Shown one piece after another: positions 38,701-48,619 of a stretch of 64,000 nt of DNA. Within the stretch, counting starts at the first letter, position 1; each line of letters opens with the position of its first letter. Made by a program: the position numbers and the translations under genes. The notes beneath the pieces were generated by a model that had not been told where the DNA came from, did no database searches, and was given only the letters and a program-made list of their open reading frames with translations. Source of the DNA: a virus (taxonomy: Duplodnaviria > Caudoviricetes); IMG/VR virus record IMGVR_UViG_3300017720_000003, positions 1 through 64,000 of that record; one strand, 5' to 3'.

Positions 38701-41700
38701 AATTCCATTGCAAATGCAGGATTTGGATCACTAGCACTACCAAATATTTGAGATATAGAAGAACCGCATGAATCATTCCCTCTATCTAAATAATATAAAT
38801 CACCTGGATATTTATTATCAACTGCATTTTCTGATGCAAATCCAAAAGTAACTATTTCTCCAGCTAAAACGCTCATGTCAAACCTTTGAGAATTAAGCCA
38901 AAATCTTGGGTATGGTATATTAACATATAATGAATAATCATATGTATACCCATCTGGTTGACCCATTAAGTAATCTGTAAATATTGGCATAATACATTTT
39001 TCTGTATATCTACCTATAAATGTATCTCCTGAAAAAATAGGTTTACTTTTATATAAAAACTGATCAGGTTTAGTAGGATCTAATAACTCCACACAACCTC
39101 TCATTTGTACTTGCTTTATACCTGCAAGTTGACCATATTGATTATCAAAATTAAACTTAAGTGCACCGTAATGAGCTGATATAGTAGTTTTTCTATTTGC
39201 CCTTGGATCTAATAAATAACTATCAGAAAACTGATTTACTGATGTGGTTGAATACTCGCCTTGAGGATTCAAATATAAATTCATATCTCCACCTATTGCG
39301 TATCTTGATGTATCTTCTACAATAGGATCCTTTATTGGTTTATCTAAACTAACAGCAACTGTTGTAGGTCTAAATAAATTATTTATTTTAAATTGACCCT
39401 CATCAAATGTTTGAAATGATTGACCTATATAATTTGATGCATTATTTTTAATTCTCCACAATCCATTTGTTTGATTATTAAAATCTGTAAATTGTCCATA
39501 TGAATTAAACTTCCAAGTAAAAGATGAATAATTAACAAAATTATACATTAAGTCAATTATTTCATTCCCACCTATTGCTATATTAGTTTGTGATGTTATT
39601 AACCCAGTTATAGCTTTAGCAAATACAGGTAAATTAGAAAGGCTAGTATCAGCAGCATTTGATGTTTCTAGTTGTGCGCCTACAACACCCGGAATTGCTG
39701 CTGTATTAGTACCTGCTAATAATAAAGCTTTTTCTAAACCATATTTAACTGCACCACCTGTATATATATCATCAAAAACAAATGCTGTATCATAAAGTAC
39801 ATCTAGAGCAATAGCAGCTAATGTTGTTCCATTAGTAAAACCCTGCCCTAAACCTATATATCCAGGCAAAAGTGCCGGTGTTGTTGTAACTCCACTTGAA
39901 ACACCAACAAGGGCACCAACAGCACCAGCACTATCATATTGTGCATATGGAGGTTTTTCATTTTTAGTTTTAGTTCCTCTAACTTGATGTAGTGCATAAC
40001 CAAGCCCCATTATAGAAGCTATTAATCCTGAACTACCTCTTAATAATTTAAATTGAGGGTGATCTTCTGAAGGTTTAAAGTAACCAGATGAGTTACCACT
40101 TAACTGCCCGTAAAGTTTAGTTTCAGATGCATTTAAAAACGGCTGAGTAAACATTAAGTCTGGTGAATGAAATGTAAATACTTTTCTTGAAAATCCGCTT
40201 GGCTCACCGTTAACATCAGGCCTATCACCTAATGCACGGTATGTTGTAAGGGATTGTTCAAAATTATCACAGCCATCTGTTCTTTTTAATGATCCACCAT
40301 TTAACCCATCATGAAAATATACATCTGGTCTTAAATCATTGTAAGGGTAGTTAGGATATAATCCTTGTACATTTCCACCTATTAAATTTTCAGAATTAGG
40401 TACAGTATATTTTCTCATATTTTTAAATATACCTTTACCTAATATTGATTTAGCACCTAATCTTGAACCTCTTAATATTTCGTATCCTACAACATTTTCA
40501 ATATAAGTTCCATCATTATATTTTGGACGGCCAATGTTTTCAAATTCAACACCAAGTATGTTAATTTCATCACCTAATGTACTTGTTAAATGTAATGGAG
40601 AAGATGCACCTCCAATAGATTCATCTGGCATTTTATGATGTCTAATTGGCTTACCACATAAATCTCCCCAAATATCAGGTTTGTTACTAGGATATAATTC
40701 TGTAGATTCCCAGTATCCCATTTCTCCTCTTGCAATAACTCTAGTGCCATCTTCTAAAAATTCTGCAATATTTTGTTGTGTTATACCTGCTGTATTATAA
40801 ACTTTATATAGTGGATCACCATCAATATCTAATACATTATCTCCAAAAATAACATCGTTCTCTAAATATGTATTACCATTATCTGTAGTATAGTTACGTG
40901 GAGCTCTACCAGGTATATGATAAGATGAAGATCTTTCACCAGTATTATATATCCATCTTATAAAAAAAGCGTATTGTTCATCTCTCAAAAAATTAAATCT
41001 ATTCCCACCTTTTGAGTAATAGTTTGAAGGTACTGAATTGATAACCCAGTTAACTTTTATTTCATTTGCTATAGGTTGATAGTTAAAATCAAATTGTTCA
41101 GTTGGTCCTTGTCTGAGTAACCAATCATTTACTACAAACATTGACTCTGATTTTTCATAAGCAGGACTACGCAATGGTATATTCTCTAAATTTATAGATA
41201 CTAATGCCGGGTCAATAAAATCAATATTTATATCTTTTTGTTGTGTACTATAAAAACCTATTCTTTTTGCTGATGTTTGACCTTGATTTCTTCTTAATAA
41301 TACTAATTCAAAATATTCATAATCTTCATCTAAATTAGATAATGAAATATTTAATGAACTATTACCACCATCATGACTCCATAATGTTTGTATATTTGAT
41401 ACACCAATATAATCAGTTACAGGTTGTTCATTTTCTGTATACGCAACAAACACTTGATATGCTCCATTAGGAAGCAATCCTCCATCAATAGATTTATCTA
41501 ATTTAATACAAGGCGTATCTAACAAAGGTGCTAGCCTAATTTGTTCACAGTCTAATTTTTTTGGTTCTATATCTTCATATCTAACACATGAATCACCATC
41601 AATGTCTGGTCCAGATACTTGGATTTGTTTATATGGTATATTGTCTATATTTAATGCTCTTGATGGGTTATTACCATCATCCCAATATACTTCCCACGTA

Positions 41701-42134
41701 CAGTCAAAATTTTCTTTGGCAGCCCCCGTTATTAAATATTTCCTATTAAAGTTTAAACACGGATCATTTACTAATGTAGTATATTTACATTCACTATCAT
41801 CAAATGTGCCTATTTCACTATTTGTATCATCTGTAGAGTATACAATCCATTCATCACCATATCTATGTATTGCACCAATAATTGTATAAGGTATAACACC
41901 ACATAGTAAATTTGATGGTTCATTACCTATCACACCTAAGTCACCATCTTCTGAATTGTTTACAACATTACGTGCATGCCACCATGATTGGTTATTTTCC
42001 AATGATGGTGTAATATCCTTATTCATCCCTTTAATAAAGGAATTTGTTTGTATAGATGAACTGTTTTGTGATCTAGGTTGTCTACTAGATCTGCTACGGT
42101 TACTATTAGAAGAAGATGTTCTCTTTTTTGCCAT
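35751..42134 (-). CDS. Tail stabilisation / muzzle protein with inserted vWA domain
   Basis: 2127 aa; N-terminal FIKGMNKD and WTISY...WISFHDW patterns typical of podophage tail-stabilisation proteins; follows ring genes; DVSGS at 37422-37436. Confidence 0.75.
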   Translation of the reverse strand: MAKKRTSSSNSNRSRSSRQPRSQNSSSIQTNSFIKGMNKDITPSLENNQSWWHARNVVNNSEDGDLGVIGNEPSNLLCGVIPYTIIGAIHRYGDEWIVYSTDDTNSEIGTFDDSECKYTTLVNDPCLNFNRKYLITGAAKENFDCTWEVYWDDGNNPSRALNIDNIPYKQIQVSGPDIDGDSCVRYEDIEPKKLDCEQIRLAPLLDTPCIKLDKSIDGGLLPNGAYQVFVAYTENEQPVTDYIGVSNIQTLWSHDGGNSSLNISLSNLDEDYEYFELVLLRRNQGQTSAKRIGFYSTQQKDINIDFIDPALVSINLENIPLRSPAYEKSESMFVVNDWLLRQGPTEQFDFNYQPIANEIKVNWVINSVPSNYYSKGGNRFNFLRDEQYAFFIRWIYNTGERSSSYHIPGRAPRNYTTDNGNTYLENDVIFGDNVLDIDGDPLYKVYNTAGITQQNIAEFLEDGTRVIARGEMGYWESTELYPSNKPDIWGDLCGKPIRHHKMPDESIGGASSPLHLTSTLGDEINILGVEFENIGRPKYNDGTYIENVVGYEILRGSRLGAKSILGKGIFKNMRKYTVPNSENLIGGNVQGLYPNYPYNDLRPDVYFHDGLNGGSLKRTDGCDNFEQSLTTYRALGDRPDVNGEPSGFSRKVFTFHSPDLMFTQPFLNASETKLYGQLSGNSSGYFKPSEDHPQFKLLRGSSGLIASIMGLGYALHQVRGTKTKNEKPPYAQYDSAGAVGALVGVSSGVTTTPALLPGYIGLGQGFTNGTTLAAIALDVLYDTAFVFDDIYTGGAVKYGLEKALLLAGTNTAAIPGVVGAQLETSNAADTSLSNLPVFAKAITGLITSQTNIAIGGNEIIDLMYNFVNYSSFTWKFNSYGQFTDFNNQTNGLWRIKNNASNYIGQSFQTFDEGQFKINNLFRPTTVAVSLDKPIKDPIVEDTSRYAIGGDMNLYLNPQGEYSTTSVNQFSDSYLLDPRANRKTTISAHYGALKFNFDNQYGQLAGIKQVQMRGCVELLDPTKPDQFLYKSKPIFSGDTFIGRYTEKCIMPIFTDYLMGQPDGYTYDYSLYVNIPYPRFWLNSQRFDMSVLAGEIVTFGFASENAVDNKYPGDLYYLDRGNDSCGSSISQIFGSASDPNPAFAMEFAYMYTHVNGITDFFVESEINLSQRDYEDEPSKRFYSTYDYNDIDELFHAQIEKKDNFFKYDESLSPGKFPTQLGSFGEVQPLYYDPLVSETCFTSYPKRLIYSLQAQDEERKDFWRVFLNFNYKDFKNDVSVIKPISKNGALIFFPHLSPQLFNGVDTLKLGSNNNVTIGDGKLFSQPFQNVANADISNEYGSCESIRGVINSPIGLFFISQQQGKIFQYGGKGLVPISNAGMKWWFAKYLPSRFIKQFANSETSVWTDNPVHGVGCQAMYDSVDDVVYFMKKDYQLKPEFIAGATFTDRDTKPVEIVTSLGISIPVDIGDPLYFDDCSWTISYDPKVKAWISFHDWHPQLALPSINHFFTTNKTTVTDPQCPPGFNYNPTNGLCERGINETIPSTVTVENIGSDTTGGAAACLIDIVITVDVSGSTGDPTDSNDRAYAQLEWIKSFVGNADIQNAISTGTMQMGFAVWSDDGGGAQFRVRNWDNSGPGTTNPAGYISPHSMGSTNLIGQNGVDNVESFFLNNWTGGGTDIPEGMQAGLTLASDTVNSSYSAQYPARSSDATYRRVVVTVTDTGGTPGNQCNLQSPNASAQGTGQSNEYMYALFCGINSPYPNNDPDSPVMNQIACQTNELLNDITITSGTVGVTTNAYMYGIQSTIDASYPITNWDVVANELTANICGTPFVCDCPAGYTKVFQNPTTTAYTESTGVCDDITPPICRKVSCQCPTSTVPGSVVTETGTCPDTAPLIYQMVDANAPQADPRLCNYFSYESTPANFEVGGFWRHNFRCDSFANFYETNYPWEIDLISNTGQAVNTVRSFEYQLETYVYKGDPQYNMCGGDKWEDLDFNFDAAIVYNNDQTSGLLSLNIAEFNNPWGNLQYPAIGSNTIDIEVSKVEHKFRFNQFWDITNDRGEFTNAEQSIFNTDCNGYIRPLNPINLNYQKPPTQRKKFRHYSNHVILRKNVSSNRKMLLRLNNTKLQLSMR

Positions 42135-42148
42135 AATAGATTACGTAT

Positions 42149-43102
42149 TTAACAGGTTGGACATGAAGCTGAGTCTGATGAGCTAGCAACTGCGTTTGGG
42201 GCTGATACTATTTTTGGTTGTATAGGTGCATAACTTAAAAACATATTATAATAATTATGATATTGTGCTCTTCTATTCATAGTCCACACTTTTCTCATTT
42301 CTTTGAAATCTGGAGTATTAACAAATGTAAGTGCATTATTTCTTGCTCCTCTTAATCTACCCTCAATTAAATTTAATTGCTGAGAAACGTTTTCTCCTTG
42401 CCAAACCATATTTTCTAATATTCTTTGTTTAACAGCATACTCATAATATTCATTACAATATGGATGATCTAAAACTAATAAATCACCTGCATTATCTTCC
42501 ATTGCTCCTTGATAACTTAAATATACTTTTCCTGTTTTAAATGTTGTAATTAAATATCCATCTCTTACTTCTGCAATATCTAATGCTTGAGCACCTAAAC
42601 TAGGACAATAACATACTGAATCATTTACATCTTGTATTCGCAATTGTGTCCAATGATCAAAGCATCTATATTGATCAGGACCTATTCTTTGAACTAACTG
42701 ATAGCTTTTCTTATCATCACATGTTTTAATAACACATACATCTTTGCATGTATCATCTTTACTACAAGGAGACATTTCTCCTGGAGCAGGTACATATGGA
42801 ACATCATTAAAGGTTTCTACATGAGTTCCTGAAGGCATAGATGCATTAACTTTATAACTACCACACCTAAATGCATAATTAATATATTTAAAATCTACAG
42901 GCAATTGACCACGTCCATGTTCAATATCTACTATAACTTGTTTTGTTCTATGTATTTTTAAACCCAAATCATAATTAACTCTTTGTGCAACTTTAATTAA
43001 TTGTTGAGGTTCAATCATACCTTCAAGTGCATATGTTGAAAAGTCAATAGATACATCATCCATTAACTGACTAAATGTTCTATATTTTTGTGATACTCCC
43101 AT
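42149..43102 (-). CDS. Tail tubular/ring protein
   Basis: 317 aa immediately upstream of the muzzle gene, as in crAss-like gene order; GKVYLSYQG..D..G motif. Confidence 0.6.
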   Translation of the reverse strand: MGVSQKYRTFSQLMDDVSIDFSTYALEGMIEPQQLIKVAQRVNYDLGLKIHRTKQVIVDIEHGRGQLPVDFKYINYAFRCGSYKVNASMPSGTHVETFNDVPYVPAPGEMSPCSKDDTCKDVCVIKTCDDKKSYQLVQRIGPDQYRCFDHWTQLRIQDVNDSVCYCPSLGAQALDIAEVRDGYLITTFKTGKVYLSYQGAMEDNAGDLLVLDHPYCNEYYEYAVKQRILENMVWQGENVSQQLNLIEGRLRGARNNALTFVNTPDFKEMRKVWTMNRRAQYHNYYNMFLSYAPIQPKIVSAPNAVASSSDSASCPTC

Positions 43103-43773
43103 TATTGTCTATTTATGTTACGTTTGTTATCAGAATCTTCTGATGGTATTTGCATTGTATTAGACATTGTTGCAACAACTTGACTTTCTATTTCTGCAAA
43201 TAATGCTTCTGGAATAAATATTTGTTGTTCATATCTAGGTGTACAATCATTTTCTGTATCACAATCCCATTTTGTTATATCTGAATCAAATACGCCTTCT
43301 ACTTTAATAGCATCCCATTCTATATTTGGACAATATATATAACCATCCAACCACCAAAAATATAATGTTTTATTATATTTGAAAGTAGTTGTTTTAGTCA
43401 TTGATGTAAATGTTCCAGGTTGTGTAGCTTGTAATTCTTGAGATCCATCAATTGAGCTTATAGTACGTATAAGAGGACCCCAATAACCTTCAAACATTGA
43501 TGGTAGTTTAGATTTTGTACGTTTAATTGTACAACCACTTTGAATACCTGCACAGTGTGCTTCTACTTTATCTACCTCAATTAATTCTACATAAGGTAAT
43601 GTTTTCCATACTGAATTAAATTTTATAAGTTTATTTGCATAGTCTTGTCTCCTCATTAAAAACTGAGCATACTTTTCTATTAAACTATATATATATCTAT
43701 CAGTAACAAAAGCATCTTGAACTTCAGCTTTGACTTGACCTCTAATTCTAGATATTGTTTCTGCTATTGTCAT
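43102..43773 (-). CDS. Tail ring protein
   Basis: 223 aa; position and YFWWLDGYIY...VEGVF pattern; coupled to the downstream ring gene. Confidence 0.55.
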   Translation of the reverse strand: MTIAETISRIRGQVKAEVQDAFVTDRYIYSLIEKYAQFLMRRQDYANKLIKFNSVWKTLPYVELIEVDKVEAHCAGIQSGCTIKRTKSKLPSMFEGYWGPLIRTISSIDGSQELQATQPGTFTSMTKTTTFKYNKTLYFWWLDGYIYCPNIEWDAIKVEGVFDSDITKWDCDTENDCTPRYEQQIFIPEALFAEIESQVVATMSNTMQIPSEDSDNKRNINRQ

Positions 43774-43778
43774 TTTTT

Positions 43779-44345
43779 TTATTTTTCAAATTCATTATAA
43801 TACTTTAATGCTTTATTGGTCTCCTCAAAGTTTTCATCATATAAATGAGCAACTCTGTATTTATTTTTCATTACTACATATTTTGTCCAATTGGTTGGGT
43901 ATAGTTTAGCAACAGACCTTTTAAAATCTCTACATGCTACAAAACGCCATAGTTCTCTATTTTTGAATCTATATTTTGTAGAATAATTTGTATAAAATAT
44001 CTTTCCTAAATTACCATCTGTTTCCCAATTTTTATTTTGTAATACTTTACCATATTGTTTTGATAATGCATAATCTGTATTAACTGACTTAGATGGTTTA
44101 CAGGTTCCTATAAATAAGAAACCAAGTGAGTCAGGTAATTCTACACCATCTCTATTTTCTATAACAGTATTCCAAATTTTAACATTATATAATTTTATAA
44201 TCTTTTTTAATTTGACATTATCAATATCAGAGTACATAGGTTTTTTATCCTTAAACTCTCTTATTGTTTCTTCATTCAATAAACCCAATCTTTTTTCTCT
44301 ATATCTTGGAGCATTAAGATTAGGCTTTTTAAAATTATTAATCAT
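43779..44345 (-). CDS. IHF/HU-like DNA-binding protein
   Basis: Basic 188 aa; ENRDGVELPDSLGFLFI resembles the HU/IHF beta-arm entry; such a gene sits before the tail rings in crAss-like phages. Confidence 0.55.
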   Translation of the reverse strand: MINNFKKPNLNAPRYREKRLGLLNEETIREFKDKKPMYSDIDNVKLKKIIKLYNVKIWNTVIENRDGVELPDSLGFLFIGTCKPSKSVNTDYALSKQYGKVLQNKNWETDGNLGKIFYTNYSTKYRFKNRELWRFVACRDFKRSVAKLYPTNWTKYVVMKNKYRVAHLYDENFEETNKALKYYNEFEK

Positions 44346-44357
44346 ATGTCTACATTT

Positions 44358-44369
44358 ATAATTTACAAA
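44358..44369 (-). promoter_or_regulatory. Candidate phage promoter TTTGTAAATTAT
   Basis: One-mismatch copy of the recurrent motif, upstream of the IHF-like gene. Confidence 0.45.
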
Positions 44370-44403
44370 AAAAACCCCACTAAATGAAATTTAACAGGAG
44401 TCT

Positions 44404-45624
44404 TTATAATACTTGATGTGCAAATTCTGCTATATTACCTAAAGATGGGTGTTGAAGCTCTAATTTTCCTGACCTTCTATTGCCTACATATTTATTAGAA
44501 TAATGGTAATAATCAGTTTTTCCTAAACTAGGCAGTGTTTTTTCTATAAAACCAGCTGTCTCATTAGATGTCATATATTCTACTTTTCTATCCGTATGTA
44601 TATGACCTTTAAATAAAGTTCTGTTTATTGTTTCTCCCCATTCTCTAGGATATTCACTTGCATAAATTAATGGATTATTTTTACTTCTTTTATCTCCATG
44701 TTCAAATGCATTAAAATTATTATGCCACACATGTACTTTTCTTTCTTCATATTTTATATCCCAAATAATTTCATCACTTTTAATTGACTGAGATAATGCA
44801 TGAACTAAATGAAATGAAGATAACCTATCATGATTACCAGGGACATAAACTATAACTAGTTCTTTACAAAAACGTTTTATATATCCAATGGCCCAATGCA
44901 TTGCGTCAAAGGCCTGTATATATGCCTCTGTAGCTGTCATACAGTTATCCAATGGTGTTCCTGATGTAGTTGTACCATCAAAGGTATCCATGTTTATTAA
45001 ATCACCTCCAATTACAAAAAACATTTTTTCAATATAATGAGATGGTGTTGCTCTTGATAATAAATTTATAATAGTTTTTTCAAAGTCATCATCTATAGTA
45101 TCATTACCTTGTTTACCAAAATGAATATCTTGTAAAGACATTACACCACAAACCACTTCACCTTTATTCTGTAAATTTGTTTTAGGTAAATTATATGTTT
45201 TAGGTTTCCAATTTTTAAGAAGATCTTCAAAATGTTTTTCTTCTAGATTTTTTATTTGTGAAACTAAAGCAGATACCCTCCAATGGTCACCCATTTGTTT
45301 ATTCCAATATTGTGATAACTTCCATTTATTTGTATCTATCTTTAATAATGAAATTATTTCTTCAGCACTTTTGGGTTCATAATCAAATGTTCCTGATATT
45401 TTACCTTCACCTTTTTCTAAATCAATTGATTCAACTAATTGAGAATTTTCAGCAGCATTTTTAAAAAATCTACTTTTCTTTTTTTCCTTCTTTCTTTCTT
45501 TTAATATTTGTTTTTTTATTTTAACATATTCTTCTTCAGAAACGCCTATTCTTTCAGCACTAATACGTGGATTTTTTTTCCACCTCAATGATTCTAATAT
45601 TCTTTGTTTTAAGTAATTTGACAT
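44404..45624 (-). CDS. Calcineurin-like metallophosphoesterase with N-terminal HTH-like segment
   Basis: All five motifs present: DIH, GD, GNHD, HGD, GHIH; N-terminal SAERIGVS helix-turn-helix-like stretch. Confidence 0.85.
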   Translation of the reverse strand: MSNYLKQRILESLRWKKNPRISAERIGVSEEEYVKIKKQILKERKKEKKKSRFFKNAAENSQLVESIDLEKGEGKISGTFDYEPKSAEEIISLLKIDTNKWKLSQYWNKQMGDHWRVSALVSQIKNLEEKHFEDLLKNWKPKTYNLPKTNLQNKGEVVCGVMSLQDIHFGKQGNDTIDDDFEKTIINLLSRATPSHYIEKMFFVIGGDLINMDTFDGTTTSGTPLDNCMTATEAYIQAFDAMHWAIGYIKRFCKELVIVYVPGNHDRLSSFHLVHALSQSIKSDEIIWDIKYEERKVHVWHNNFNAFEHGDKRSKNNPLIYASEYPREWGETINRTLFKGHIHTDRKVEYMTSNETAGFIEKTLPSLGKTDYYHYSNKYVGNRRSGKLELQHPSLGNIAEFAHQVL

Positions 45625-45684
45625 AAAAAAATTTTTGTGGTTGTTGTAAAAATACGTATAATTAATTTAAAGTAAATAAATTTT

Positions 45685-45716
45685 ATAAAAAAAGAGACTG
45701 AGTCACCCCAGTCTCT
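45685..45716 (-). terminator. Intrinsic terminator
   Basis: AGAGACTG-GGGTGACT-CAGTCTCT followed by a T-run on the minus strand. Confidence 0.8.
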
Positions 45717-45765
45717 CCCAACGTTTGTAGTAGAAAAACCAACAAACCACCACTTGTTGTTTCTT

Positions 45766-46326
45766 TTAAGCTGCTAAAGTAGAAAATAATATTTCTATTG
45801 GTTTACAACTAGCACTATTACCATTATCAACTACTTTGACTTTATATGCAGTTGATGCTGTTAAATTAGTTATTTTAAAATTATTTATTGTAGTTACTAT
45901 TGGTGTAGAGTTTTGAAGCACCCAACCTCCTGGTGCAATTTGAGTATCAATATAAATATTTACACCTGTACTAGAACTCCATATACCATTCCATAATACT
46001 TCTGCAGAATCTTTAGTAATAGTTCCTGCATATACATTATATGGATCATGTTGTAAATCAGCAGAAGTACATGCACCTAACCCATTTGATAATATCATAG
46101 CATATTTTTGTATAATAGAATCTAATCTTTCACCAGAAGTTATAACTATTTGACTACCGGTTGCACCAATTTGAAAAGATGTGCCTGTATAACTAACACA
46201 TGATGCACTTTGTATATCATCGCACCTCTCACTACCTACACTACAATCAGTATAAGTACATGGATTAGTTAATGCTGTATCAGCACAGCTACATTTTTGA
46301 CTACATTTTGTACAATTACATGCCAT
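45766..46326 (-). CDS. Cys-rich structural protein with C-terminal FN3-like domain
   Basis: N-terminal CNCTKCSQKCSC; ITNLTASTAYKVKV FN3 signature. Confidence 0.65.
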   Translation of the reverse strand: MACNCTKCSQKCSCADTALTNPCTYTDCSVGSERCDDIQSASCVSYTGTSFQIGATGSQIVITSGERLDSIIQKYAMILSNGLGACTSADLQHDPYNVYAGTITKDSAEVLWNGIWSSSTGVNIYIDTQIAPGGWVLQNSTPIVTTINNFKITNLTASTAYKVKVVDNGNSASCKPIEILFSTLAA

Positions 46327-46346
46327 TTTTTTTATTTTTTATTTTA

Positions 46347-48557
46347 TTAAGTACAAGCTGCTAGTATTTGACTATTTATAGTTGCAGTGCTAAATGTGTT
46401 ATTAAACGCTCCACCTGTTTGAGTAGCTAAATATCTCCATGGGAATACTGCAGCTTGACCTGGAGGTGTGTAAGTTAAGTCAACACCAGGACCTAAAATA
46501 AATATTTTAACTCCTTGAGTTAAAGCTTGTGTTGCTAATGTTTGAATAAATGTCCAATCATTTGCATCAAAATCTCCATCATCACCACCTGGCAATTCGT
46601 CTGTACCAACAATAATATATTTAGCAACATTAGCTCTCCATGCATTAGCAAAGCTATTATTTAATACTCTATTAATAGCTTGGTCTGTACATTCCGGACC
46701 TGTAGATCCACCATAACCCATTTGTACACATGCTCCTGATCCACCACCATTTAATAAATTTAATGCTGTTGTTGCAGTTGTTGCATTATTATCTTGGAAC
46801 ATTTCCCAAGCAGTAATAAATAATTGATGATTATTATTACCTGGGTAATTTAATCTTTGTGCTGCTGGTAAACTTGTATATTCTGTACAACCACTATAAT
46901 TTGGTGTAGTACTAGTATTATCCTCATCTGCTGTAACAATAGACAGTCTATAATTATTTGCTCCAGATGAAGTAGATATAGTATTAATTAATGATGCAAA
47001 ACCAGTTTGTAATGTAGATATATCGGTACCCATTGAACCTGAATAATCCATAATGAAAGCTACATCCATACCATCAGAACATCCTGCAGCTGCAGTGCTT
47101 GTGTTAAATGCTTGTTGTGTTGAAGTACAAACTTGTGTTGCTCCATTAAATTGTACAGTTAATCTTGCAGTATATGCTGTACCAGGAGTTAATCCAGTTA
47201 GTGTTCTTGACTCACTAGTTGTTGGATTAGTTACTTGAGCTGTTGCTACTACTACATTTGCACCGTCTATAATATCAATTGTGTAAATAGCTGTTGTGCC
47301 TAATAAATTACTAAAAGTTACAGTCACTTCTGTTGATGTTATAGCTGATGTAACCGGTGTTGAACAAGGTACTAGACCTGTAATTACACTGCTTTGATTA
47401 TTTGAACATGTGTCTGTACCATCTACAAAACTATAATTAACAGTTACACTAAGATCTTGTGCAGTATTTAATGCACCGGTACTAAATAAATATCCAGCTG
47501 CATTATTTTGTAAAGATGTTACACTTACTGTAGTAGATAATGAAGTTCCCGTTACATCTGTTAAAGTTATTAATGTATATCCTGATGCATCTGTAAAAGT
47601 TGATGGTATACTTGAACCTATAAAATTAAATAAAATACCATTAATTAAACCGCTAGAGGCAAAAGAATTGCTTGTTGTATAATTATATACTATTGCATCA
47701 CAACCACCAGGACAACAGTTTGTTTGAATAGATGCAACTGCTGTATATAGATCATCAATAACTACCCATGCATTTTGAACAGATTGTGCTAATGTTGATG
47801 CACTATTATTCCACCCACTTATACTACCATATGATACACTTGAATCTGTTAAGCTATTACTTGAACCTGTAATTACACTTTGATTTATTGCTAAATTAAT
47901 TGCAGATGGTAAACCTACTGCAGTTTGTAATGAACAAAATGCAGTTTCTAATGCAAGTACTACTACTGATACATTAGTTAATTGACCAACATTGCTTACA
48001 CAAGTTGGTATAATTTGTGCCTCTACAACACCACCACTACATGGTAATACGCAAGCTTCTAAAACATCTATTCTTGTATCTAAACTAGTTAGTGTAGTAT
48101 TAATAGTATTTATACTTGCTAAATTTGTACATACTTGATTTGCTATAAGCGTAGCAAAAGCATCTAAACGTAATTCAGTTACAGGATTACCACTTGCATC
48201 ATTATATTGTAAACAAGCTGGTAATACCATCATAGGTAGCGTAGTAGTAGTACCACCACTTGATGATGCGTTTGCACAAATTTGAGTAACCATAGCCTGA
48301 AGTACAGGAACTAAAGTTGTAGGTGTTTGACCTTGTATATTTAAACAACTTAAATCTAATCCTGTTAAACTTGGATTAGCTGTTACTCCATCTGTAATTA
48401 TTTGACATACCTTATCCCCAATCTTTTTAGTTACCTCACTGATTGTGTCTCCACTGCATAGGTCTATACATGCAATATCCGGTCCTTGCCATACTACACA
48501 ATTGGATGATATATTATCACACCCATTAGTGCTTATACTTGAATTAGTTGGGATCAT
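46347..48557 (-). CDS. Cys-rich fibre/adhesin-like protein with FN3 and vWA domains
   Basis: LTGLTPGTAYTARL (FN3); VAFIMDYSGSM (MIDAS DYSGS at 47034-47048), IIVGTDE, LATQTGG. Confidence 0.75.
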   Translation of the reverse strand: MIPTNSSISTNGCDNISSNCVVWQGPDIACIDLCSGDTISEVTKKIGDKVCQIITDGVTANPSLTGLDLSCLNIQGQTPTTLVPVLQAMVTQICANASSSGGTTTTLPMMVLPACLQYNDASGNPVTELRLDAFATLIANQVCTNLASINTINTTLTSLDTRIDVLEACVLPCSGGVVEAQIIPTCVSNVGQLTNVSVVVLALETAFCSLQTAVGLPSAINLAINQSVITGSSNSLTDSSVSYGSISGWNNSASTLAQSVQNAWVVIDDLYTAVASIQTNCCPGGCDAIVYNYTTSNSFASSGLINGILFNFIGSSIPSTFTDASGYTLITLTDVTGTSLSTTVSVTSLQNNAAGYLFSTGALNTAQDLSVTVNYSFVDGTDTCSNNQSSVITGLVPCSTPVTSAITSTEVTVTFSNLLGTTAIYTIDIIDGANVVVATAQVTNPTTSESRTLTGLTPGTAYTARLTVQFNGATQVCTSTQQAFNTSTAAAGCSDGMDVAFIMDYSGSMGTDISTLQTGFASLINTISTSSGANNYRLSIVTADEDNTSTTPNYSGCTEYTSLPAAQRLNYPGNNNHQLFITAWEMFQDNNATTATTALNLLNGGGSGACVQMGYGGSTGPECTDQAINRVLNNSFANAWRANVAKYIIVGTDELPGGDDGDFDANDWTFIQTLATQALTQGVKIFILGPGVDLTYTPPGQAAVFPWRYLATQTGGAFNNTFSTATINSQILAACT

Positions 48558-48607
48558 AAATATTTTTTTAAATTATAAAGTACTAATTGGTTAAAGACTG
48601 TACAATT

Positions 48608-48619
48608 ATAATATACAAA
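48608..48619 (-). promoter_or_regulatory. Candidate phage promoter TTTGTATATTAT
   Basis: Identical 12-mer to 57903-57914, intergenic. Confidence 0.6.
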
